From an uncultured Chloroflexia bacterium (lineage in GTDB: Bacteria; Chloroflexota; Limnocylindria; QHBO01), in contig CAWBOA010000003.1 in assembly GCA_963790255.1 (NCBI GenBank), positions 177,825-241,824 of the forward strand: DNA of 64,000 nt. Reading direction: 5' to 3'. Position numbers and translations under genes: made by a program. Positions within the stretch are counted from its first letter, which is position 1, and each line of letters starts with the position of its first letter. The notes beneath the pieces were generated by a model. The model was not told the origin of the DNA. It made no database searches and saw only the letters and a list, made by a program, of their open reading frames with translations. Of the stretch, positions 54,491 through 64,000 are shown piece by piece.

Positions 54491-55395
54491 GGGAGCACCT
54501 TCTTCTGTCGGACGAGGTGGAGACGGCATTGCGCGAGGGCCGCGCGGTCGTTGCCCTCGAGTCGTCCCTGATCGCGCAGGGGCTTCCGACCCCCCACAAC
54601 CTGGAGACCGCCGTGGCCGCCGAGGCGGCGGTGCGGGAATCGGGCGTGGTCCCGGCCACGACTGCGGTCGATCAGGGGCGCCTGGTCGTCGGGGCCGACG
54701 GATCGCTCCTCGAACGCCTGGCCGATCGCGAGCGGCAGGTCGCCAAGGCGGCGTCGCGCGACCTCGGGCCGCTCTTGGCGTCACGGGCGCTCGCGTCGAC
54801 GACGGTGAGCGCTTCGATGCGGATCGCCCACATGGCCGGCATCGCGGTCTTCGCGACCGGTGGCATTGGTGGCGTCCATCGCGGCGCAGCGGCATCGTTC
54901 GACGTGTCGAGCGACATCGACGAGCTGGCAGCGACCCCGGTGGCGGTCGTCTGCTCGGGCGCGAAGTCGATCCTCGACCTGTCCGCCACGCTCGAGGTGC
55001 TCGAGACCCGGCGAGTGCCGGTCGTCGGCTATGGCACGGACGAGCTGCCCGCCTTCTACAGCCTCAGCTCGGGCCTGCGGGTCGCGCATCGCGTCGACGG
55101 CCCAGCCGCCGCAGCCGCCGCGATCGCGGCGCATCGGTCCCTGCCCGGTGCCGGTGGGATCCTCGTCGTCCAGCCCCCGCCCGCCGACCTGGCCATCGAC
55201 CGGACCGAGATGGAGCGCTGGATCGCCGACGCCATGGCTGATGCCGGGGCCCGCGGCATCATCGGCGGCGCCGTGACGCCGCATCTGCTGGGGCACATCG
55301 CAGCGGCCTCGGGAGGGAGGAGCCTGCGGGTGAACATCGCGCTCATCGTGAACAACGCGCGCGCCGCCGGGGCCATCGCGGCGGTCTTGACCTGA
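54487..55395 (+). CDS. psuG: pseudouridine-5'-phosphate glycosidase
   Basis: VVALESSLIAQGLPTPHNLE and the IGGVHRG region, with a length characteristic of the IndA/PsuG family. Confidence 0.9.
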   Translation: MREHLLLSDEVETALREGRAVVALESSLIAQGLPTPHNLETAVAAEAAVRESGVVPATTAVDQGRLVVGADGSLLERLADRERQVAKAASRDLGPLLASRALASTTVSASMRIAHMAGIAVFATGGIGGVHRGAAASFDVSSDIDELAATPVAVVCSGAKSILDLSATLEVLETRRVPVVGYGTDELPAFYSLSSGLRVAHRVDGPAAAAAAIAAHRSLPGAGGILVVQPPPADLAIDRTEMERWIADAMADAGARGIIGGAVTPHLLGHIAAASGGRSLRVNIALIVNNARAAGAIAAVLT

Positions 55396-55456
55396 CCGGT
55401 CCGGACGCTATGCTCGGTCGGCCGATCGGCACGTCTCATGGGAGGCTCATCCAGCC

Positions 55457-55981
55457 ATGCGCATCTACGACGGCAGCCCGCGCCAGGACTGGGAAGAGGT
55501 CCTGCGCGGCGTGGGCGCCTTCGCCGATAGCGAGAAGCTGAAGCAAGTCCTCTTCCTCGAGCTCGAGGGCGGATTCCTGCTCCAGGGGCTGGGCATGCAG
55601 GCCGTCGGGTCCGACTCCGACAGCCTCGGCGCGACCGTCAAGCGCACCTATGAGCTGACCGATGACCAGGTCGCCGAGTTGATGGACGCCAACGCGTCCA
55701 AGCGCGGGTCGGCCGATGCCGACCGCCCGCATCCGGACCTGACGAACTACTACGAGCTCGCGCTGCGGATCATCGGCGCCTACGTCGACAGCCAGAAGGC
55801 TCACGACGTCTTCTTCTTCGAGCAGGAGGGCTCGTTCGTGCTGCGGCTCTTCGGCGTCGCGGGCGCGCGGACCGCCGCGCACCAGCTCTCCGAATTCACC
55901 CGAGACGAGATCTTGGCTATGATCGAGTCCGCACCCGAGCAGCGCGGTCAGCCGGCGCCGAACGCGTCTGGCGCGTCATAA
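55457..55981 (+). CDS. hypothetical protein with an internal two-fold repeat
   Basis: GGGAGG lies upstream. The repeats are GVGAFADSEKLKQVLFLELEGGFLLQGLG and IIGAYVDSQKAHDVFFFEQEGSFVLRLFG. Confidence 0.6.
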   Translation: MRIYDGSPRQDWEEVLRGVGAFADSEKLKQVLFLELEGGFLLQGLGMQAVGSDSDSLGATVKRTYELTDDQVAELMDANASKRGSADADRPHPDLTNYYELALRIIGAYVDSQKAHDVFFFEQEGSFVLRLFGVAGARTAAHQLSEFTRDEILAMIESAPEQRGQPAPNASGAS

Positions 55982-55994
55982 GCAGGGAGTCTCC

Positions 55995-56147
55995 ATGAAG
56001 GCGATCAAGTTCCTTTTCATCAGCATCGCGGCCCTTCTCGCCGCCATGATCGTGATCCCGCTCACCATCCTCGCGGGCCTCTTCGTCTGGCTCAAGCTCA
56101 CCGAAGAGACCGAGGACGAGGAGATGGAGCTCGAAGACACGATCTAA
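55995..56147 (+). CDS. 50-aa single-TM protein with an acidic tail (MKAIKFLFISIAALLAAMIVIPLTILAGLFVWLKLTEETEDEEMELEDTI)
   Basis: Manual translation; it is below the ORF-track cutoff. AGGGAG lies 5 nt upstream of the ATG. GC3-rich codons and a TAA stop. Confidence 0.55.
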   Translation: MKAIKFLFISIAALLAAMIVIPLTILAGLFVWLKLTEETEDEEMELEDTI

Positions 56148-56159
56148 TCGGGGGCTCGC

Positions 56160-56205
56160 GCAGGTCTTGAAGGGGCCGAGCCGCAGGTCTTGAAGGGGCC
56201 GAGCC
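56160..56205. repeat. perfect tandem direct repeat 2 x 23 bp (GCAGGTCTTGAAGGGGCCGAGCC)
   Basis: Units at 56160-56182 and 56183-56205 are identical. They sit immediately 3' of the small ORF. Confidence 0.9.
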
Positions 56206-56262
56206 CAGCCTCGCCCCGTGTCGCTACGCGCACGGTCTGGCGCTTCACCCGCTCGCCCGCCC

Positions 56263-56405
56263 GCGAACGGTCCGGATCTTCACCGGGGTGAAGCGTATGC
56301 GCCGATCTCGCCCGTAAACCGTCCGAGCTTTCACGGGGTGACCGCCAGGCGCCGAGTTTGACCGTTCGCACTCGCTGACCGCACGTGACGTTCACCCCGT
56401 GAAAA
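56263..56405. repeat. array of three TTCAC-N3/4-GTGAA palindromes with conserved flanks
   Basis: CTTCACCGGGGTGAAG (56278-56293), TCACGGGGTGA (56331-56341) and TTCACCCCGTGAA (56391-56403, inverted relative to the second). Copies 1 and 2 share an AAC(G/C)GTCCG..TTCAC flank with a roughly 53-bp period. Confidence 0.8.
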
Positions 56406-56438
56406 ACTGACACGAGCGCAGCCGAGGCCAGGGACGTG

Positions 56439-57260
56439 TCAGCCGGTGGCGAGGGCCCAGGCGGCGGCCCAGCAGACCGCGGCAACCAGCATTCCGAACC
56501 AGAGCCGATTCGGTCCGGCGATGCCCTGGCCCACCGCAGCGAGTCCGACCGCGCCGAGAGCGACGGCCGGCGGTGGCGGGCTTCCACCGACGAGCATCGC
56601 CGTCCCGACGCCGATGCCCACCCCGACGGCAAGGGCCCAGGCGAGCATGAACGCCGTCCGCCGGCCGAGCAGCTGGGCCAGGTTGCGCGAGCCGAGTCGC
56701 GCGTCGACGTCGAAGTCCCGCAGCGTGTTGGCGAGGTGGGCCGCGGCCGCGAACGGGCCGACGAGCAGCGGTGTGATGGCGACCCGATCGACGGCGACGC
56801 CGACGCCGGCCGCGATCCAGAGCGGCAGCAGGCCGAAGCTGACGAGGTACGGCACGACCGAGAGGGGCGTCCTCGACAGCCGCAGGTCATAGGCGACCGC
56901 CGAGGCCGATGCCCCCGCGCCGAGCAGGACGGCCGGCCACCCGAGCGGCACCGATGCGCTGAGCTGGAGCGCCGCGCCGACGGCGGCGACGACAAGCGCT
57001 CCGCGCGGTGAGAGGCTGCCGGACGGGATCGGCTTCGTCGGCTGCGCACGCCGGTCGCGGTCCCGATCGGCCCAGTCATTGAGCGCTCCGGTGATGGTCT
57101 GTGAGCCGAGCACGGCCAGGATGGTGAGAGCGATGCGCAGCGTGGGCGCGCCGAGGCCCGCCTGGAGTGACATGATCGTGCCGAGCGCGGCGCTGAGCGC
57201 GACCACCGCAATCGCGGGCGCGGGATGGACGACGCGGACGAAGCCGGGCATTCCCGGCAT
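56439..57260 (-). CDS. UbiA-family aromatic/polyprenyl prenyltransferase
   Basis: NDWADRDRDRRAQPTKPIPSG (NDxxDxxxD motif) and a polytopic membrane profile. The start is uncertain (ATG 57260, or 57332, which would overlap the divergent gene). Confidence 0.8.
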   Translation of the reverse strand: MPGMPGFVRVVHPAPAIAVVALSAALGTIMSLQAGLGAPTLRIALTILAVLGSQTITGALNDWADRDRDRRAQPTKPIPSGSLSPRGALVVAAVGAALQLSASVPLGWPAVLLGAGASASAVAYDLRLSRTPLSVVPYLVSFGLLPLWIAAGVGVAVDRVAITPLLVGPFAAAAHLANTLRDFDVDARLGSRNLAQLLGRRTAFMLAWALAVGVGIGVGTAMLVGGSPPPPAVALGAVGLAAVGQGIAGPNRLWFGMLVAAVCWAAAWALATG

Positions 57261-57326
57261 CGTACGATGGACCCGGTCGTGGCCCGAGCCGTCAACAGCG
57301 CCGCCCAGAGGGAGCACAAGCACGCC

Positions 57327-57890
57327 ATGCATCCGAGACCGCCCAGACTCATCCCCGTCGCGGCCGTGACCGCGATCCTGCTTCTGGCGAGCGCCTGCGG
57401 ATCATCGACCGAGAGCCCGGACGCCAGCACCGCGCAGGAGTCGACCCCCGCCACGTCATCGGCGCCCAGCGACGGGGCGTCAGCCGCGGCGTCCGCGGCC
57501 GCGAGCACGTCGGCGGGAGAGGAGACGAGCGTCTTCGACCTCGAGGTCGGGGACTGCTTCAGTGCCGAGGGCGAGTCGGCGAGCACCGTCAGCGTCGTCG
57601 ACTGCAGCGTGACGCATGTGTACGAGGTCTTCTTCGTCTTCGACCACGAGGCGACGGGACAGGACCCGTTCCCGGGCGATGAGGAGATCAGCAGCTATGC
57701 CGACGAGCGCTGCGAGCCCCCGTTCGAGGAGTACGTCGGCAATGACTACGACACCTCGATCTACTGGATCACCTCGGTGACGCCATCGGATGAGACCTGG
57801 GCCGAGGGGGATCGCGAGATCGTGTGCACGCTGCGCCTCGGGGAGGACGGCGAGCCGACGACGGGCTCGGCGGAGGGCGCCGGCGAGTAG
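57327..57890 (+). CDS. lipoprotein, septum-formation-family-like Cys-rich domain
   Basis: Signal with probable lipobox (AILLLASAC). GDCF...VDCS..H..EVF...ERC......REIVC is the pattern of the actinobacterial 'septum formation' domain. Confidence 0.7.
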   Translation: MHPRPPRLIPVAAVTAILLLASACGSSTESPDASTAQESTPATSSAPSDGASAAASAAASTSAGEETSVFDLEVGDCFSAEGESASTVSVVDCSVTHVYEVFFVFDHEATGQDPFPGDEEISSYADERCEPPFEEYVGNDYDTSIYWITSVTPSDETWAEGDREIVCTLRLGEDGEPTTGSAEGAGE

Positions 57891-57894
57891 TAGC

Positions 57895-57929
57895 AGCGGC
57901 GCCCACCGGACAGGTCGGTGGGCGCCGCT
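57895..57929 (+). terminator. strong stem-loop terminator after the lipoprotein gene
   Basis: AGCGGCGCCCACCG-gacaggt-CGGTGGGCGCCGCT: a 14-bp perfect stem starting 5 nt after the tandem TAG TAG stops. Confidence 0.6.
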
Positions 57930-58009
57930 CCCTCCCCCCGAGACATGGGCGCGATTCCATACGCGGCATGTGACACCGGCTCGTCGAGCGGGCCCTGAAT
58001 CGACTATGA

Positions 58010-60945
<2,936 letters not shown>

Positions 60946-60994
60946 TTGTTTGACCGCACGCGATCCCGAACCGCACAGCCCCGACCGCAAGGCC

Positions 60995-61153
60995 ATGGCC
61001 GCCCCAGAGGTCGACCTGTTCAACTGCCGCTCCTGCAACCGATTCACCCGGACCCTCATCGAGGGCCGCGGATGGTGCACCAGGGACGGCTCCCCGAAGC
61101 TCATCGAGGTCAGGTCCTACATGAAGCACTGCTGGCAGGCGAGGCAGCCGTGA
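60995..61153 (+). CDS. small Cys-containing protein (52 aa; CxxC...C...C)
   Basis: MAAPEVDLFNCRSCNRFTRTLIEGRGWCTRDGSPKLIEVRSYMKHCWQARQP. The third-position G/C bias is strong. Its TGA overlaps a GTG (GTGA at 61150-61153). Confidence 0.45.
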   Translation: MAAPEVDLFNCRSCNRFTRTLIEGRGWCTRDGSPKLIEVRSYMKHCWQARQP

Positions 61154-61340
61154 ACGACGACGCACGGCCGCAGCAGCAGCGTCGCCGCTCGCGTCGCCGC
61201 TCCGGAGAACACCGGCGCTCGCCGCGGAGGGGAACCAGCGAGGGTTCACCCCACGCCGCCGCAATGACTACGCGTCGGGGCAGTACTCCTCGATCTACAC
61301 CGGGCCCTTCCCGACCGATGCCGACGAGGATGGCCTCGAC

Positions 61341-62624
61341 CTGGCCGGCCTCCAGGCCAAATCGGTCGACGAGCTGCGCGAGCTCGCCGCCGAGCACGAG
61401 ATCGAGGGCCACGAGGCGCTCGAGCACTCCGATCTCGTTCTCAAGCTGCTCGACGTCATTCCCCTGGCGCCGTCGCAGCCGCGCGACCGGAATGGCCAGC
61501 CGGGGCTCGCCGAGGGCGTCCTCGAGATCGTCGACGAGGGCTTCGGCTTCCTGCGCGTGAACGGCGTCATGCCGTCGGCCCAGGACATCTACGTGAGCTC
61601 GTCGCAGGTGCGCCGCTTCGGCCTCCGGACCGGCGACCGCGTCACCGGCCAGACCCGTCAGCCGAAGGACCAGGAGAAGTACTGGGGGCTCCTTCGGGTC
61701 GACACCGTCAACAGCGTCGAGCCCGAGGTCGCCAAGCGCCGCCCGTACTTCGACTCGCTCGTGCCGGTCTTCCCAGACGAGATGTTCGACATCGAGACCG
61801 ACCAGAAGAACCTGACCCAGCGCCTCATCAACCTCATCAGCCCGATCGGCAAGGGCCAGCGCGGGCTCATCCTGTCGCCGGCCAAGGCGGGCAAGACGAC
61901 CGTCCTCAAGCAGATCGCCTCCGGGATCACCGAGAACAATCCCGAGGCGCTGCTCATGGTCGCCCTCATCGGCGAGCGGCCTGAGGAAGTCACCGACATG
62001 CAGCGCAGCGTCGATGGCGAGATCTACTCCTCGACCTTCGACGAGCCGACCGAGAACCACACCCGCGTGGCGGAGATGTGCCTCGAGATCGCCAAGCGCC
62101 AGGTCGAGACCGGCCGCGACGTCGTCATTCTGCTCGACTCGATCACCCGGCTGGCCCGCGCCTACAACCTCGCCCTTCCGGCGTCCGGCAAGACGCTCTC
62201 GGGCGGCGTGGACCCCGTTGCGCTGTACCCGCCGAAGCGCTTCTTCGGTGCCGCGCGCAACATCGAGGGCGGCGGAAGCCTGACGATCATCGCGACGTGC
62301 CTCGTCGACACCGGCAGCCGCATGGACGACGTCATCTACGAGGAGTTCAAGGGCACCGGCAACATGGAGCTCGCGCTCGATCGGAAGCTCTCCGAGAAGC
62401 GGATCTTCCCGGCCATCGACGTCCTGCGCTCGGGCACCCGGCGCGAGGAGCTGCTCCTCGACGAGAACGAGCTGCGGATGGTGTGGACCATGCGCCGCAT
62501 GCTCTCGGCCGTCGGCCCGAACGAGGGGATCGAGCTGCTCATGCAGCGGCTGGGCAAGACGAAGAACAACGCCGAGTTCCTCGTGTCGCTGTCGAAGAGC
62601 GTCGAGGCTTCCGAGCGCCCCTGA
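61341..62624 (+). CDS. rho: transcription termination factor Rho (5' boundary unresolved)
   Basis: N-terminal helix bundle ([20 protein letters not shown]), CSD ([14 protein letters not shown]), Walker A (PAKAGKTT), and the Q/R loops. The conserved frame is open from 61125 but has no ATG/GTG/TTG before 61557. The listed start 61341 is a CTG; see finding. Confidence 0.85.
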   Translation: MAGLQAKSVDELRELAAEHEIEGHEALEHSDLVLKLLDVIPLAPSQPRDRNGQPGLAEGVLEIVDEGFGFLRVNGVMPSAQDIYVSSSQVRRFGLRTGDRVTGQTRQPKDQEKYWGLLRVDTVNSVEPEVAKRRPYFDSLVPVFPDEMFDIETDQKNLTQRLINLISPIGKGQRGLILSPAKAGKTTVLKQIASGITENNPEALLMVALIGERPEEVTDMQRSVDGEIYSSTFDEPTENHTRVAEMCLEIAKRQVETGRDVVILLDSITRLARAYNLALPASGKTLSGGVDPVALYPPKRFFGAARNIEGGGSLTIIATCLVDTGSRMDDVIYEEFKGTGNMELALDRKLSEKRIFPAIDVLRSGTRREELLLDENELRMVWTMRRMLSAVGPNEGIELLMQRLGKTKNNAEFLVSLSKSVEASERP

Positions 62625-62625
62625 C

Positions 62626-63994
62626 GTGCCACGGGGGCGGCGCTCCGGCCTGATCATCGCCGCCGCGCTGGTCCTGACCGGCTGCGTGGCGCCTTCAGCG
62701 ACGCCCACCGCAACGCCCGCGTCGTCTCCCAGCCCCGCGACCAGCGTCGCACCGTCCGCCGCCCCGACGATCGGAGCGGTCGAGCCCGCACCGGGGTCGG
62801 CGAGCGTCGTCTACGAACCGAACCCGGCAGCCATCGTCGTCGCCATCGACGCCGGCCACGGCGGATGCCTCGACTGGGGCGTGCCGGATCCGTCCGAGCG
62901 CGGCGTCGAGCTGGCCGAGAAGAGCCTCACGCTCGGCATCGCTCGGCGGTTGCGCGACCGGCTCGAGGCGGACGGCATCACGGTGCTCATGATCCGCGAC
63001 GCCGATGAGGCGCTGGCCGGCGACGACTATCCCGACCTCGGCTGCACGGGTCCGCCATGGCGCGACGTGGACGGCGACGGCCGCGCCGGCTTCGAGGAGA
63101 CCGGACGCGTTCGCACCCGAGACGAGCTGCAGGCGCGCATCGACCGCGCCAACCTTACCGGCGCCGATGCGTTCATCAGCATCCACATCAACTCGCTGAC
63201 CCAGGACGGCGTCGTGTTCGAGATCGCCGCCTCGCAGACCTTCTACGACGACGAGACGCCCTGGGGCGTCGAGGGCAGCGGCGGCCTGGCCGCCGCCCTC
63301 CAGGGCGGCGTGGTCGACGCCATCGAGCCGGCTCGCGACTTACGACCGGGAGGACCGCGGCACCGAGGCGGTGGCCTTCTATGCCATCAGCCGGACCTGG
63401 GCCGACGGCGACACCTGCGAGGTCAGCGGCGACGAGTTCTGCAAGCCACAGCGCGGGCTGCTCATGTCGTCGGCGCTGTCGGAGGTCGGGTCGATCACCC
63501 TTCGCGCCGAGCACGACCTGCTCGCCTCGTCCGCGGGGCAGGACGCCATCGCCGACGGCCTCTTCGCGGGGATCGTCGGCCACTTCGGCGATCGGGATGT
63601 CGCCGGCCGCATCGGGCTGGACGGGGCCCCCGTCGGCGAGCCCCCGGCCCCCGTTCCGGGCGACGGGCCGCCGTTCTGGCCGCCAGCCGTGGGCTCGGGG
63701 ACGGTCGACCTGCGCATCACGAACACCGGCCAGACAACGTGGCCGGCCGGAGGCCGCATCGTCGCCGGCTGGACCGAGACCGAGCGGCCGTACCTGACCA
63801 CCGCCCCTGACGAGCTGGTCGAGATCGGCGTCGAGCTGCCGCGCCTGGCCCCCGGAGAGTCGACCGTGGTGGGGGTGGTGTTGCCGGCGCCGCCGGCCTC
63901 GCGAGCCGTCGCATGGGTCACGCTGCGGGTGGGAGACATCGCGCTGGCGGACCTGGGGTCACCCGCCCTCCAGCTCACCGGAGAGGCCTCCTAA
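62626..63994 (+). pseudogene. N-acetylmuramoyl-L-alanine amidase (Amidase_3) lipoprotein, split by a frame change near 63328-63332
   Basis: GTG start and lipobox LVLTGC. VVAIDAGHGG and FISIHINS lie in the first frame. LATYDREDRGTEAVAFYAISR...SEVGSITLRAEHDLL continues in the +1 frame (ORF 63371-63994 reads back to about 63332). Confidence 0.75.
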
Positions 63995-64000
63995 CCGGAG

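Noticed and set aside
53594-55395. The PfkB kinase plus IndA-like glycosidase pair as a possible novel nucleoside pathway.
   Set aside because: It matches the well-known pseudouridine catabolism pair psuK/psuG, so it is ordinary.

Overview
Very GC-rich bacterial chromosome segment. Third codon positions are almost always G/C, GTG/TTG starts are frequent, and adjacent genes often share 4-nt start/stop overlaps. Gene content looks Actinomycetota-like, but taxonomy cannot be fixed from this window. I found no rRNA, tRNA, CRISPR array, transposase, integrase or recognisable defence genes. Layout: (1) about 1.2-23.8 kb is a large Wzx/Wzy-type surface-polysaccharide locus. It carries a nucleotide-sugar dehydrogenase, an AsnB-like amidotransferase, a WbpP/TviC-like epimerase, four GT4 genes (one frame-split) and one GT2. 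It also has a CDP-hexose branch (two RfbF paralogs, RfbG, an RmlC-like epimerase and a reductase), an FAD oxidoreductase, a PIG-L deacetylase and a FemAB-family transferase. Export and assembly genes are a membrane-anchored beta-helix protein, a MurJ/MOP flippase, a Wzz-Wzy fusion and a second Wzz. (2) 23.9-30.9 kb holds a stand-alone LuxR/GerE HTH gene, a roughly 1550-aa secreted multidomain protein (sugar-dehydrogenase propeller, PKD, 2x NPCBM-like, 2x near-identical Ig-like repeats, FN3, unknown C-terminal domain) and a second secreted protein. (3) 31-64 kb mixes housekeeping and accessory genes. Housekeeping: cysS, a Nudix hydrolase, fabD plus tandem KAS II genes, an M20 peptidase, MFS and EamA transporters, aldehyde dehydrogenase, a Rieske protein, a MoaD-MoaE fusion, agmatinase, psuK/psuG, UbiA, pyrG, rho and an amidase. 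The accessory genes are two clusters of zinc-ribbon/TM/beta-domain proteins. Most notable observations: an ascarylose-like CDP-sugar gene set lacking the 3-deoxygenation genes; a Wzz-Wzy fusion; a shared palindromic promoter/operator-like motif at two distant promoters; a 288-bp near-perfect tandem duplication inside the giant gene; a paralogous Zn-ribbon/TM/jelly-roll pair flanking a duplicated helical E/H-rich secreted protein; and a repeat-rich convergent intergenic region. Single-base frame breaks occur in a GT4 gene, the second KAS gene (three), rho and the amidase. Two of the six lie in G/C runs of 4-6 nt (GT4 C6, rho G4) and a third in a 3-nt run; most look like assembly indels, so pseudogene calls are provisional.
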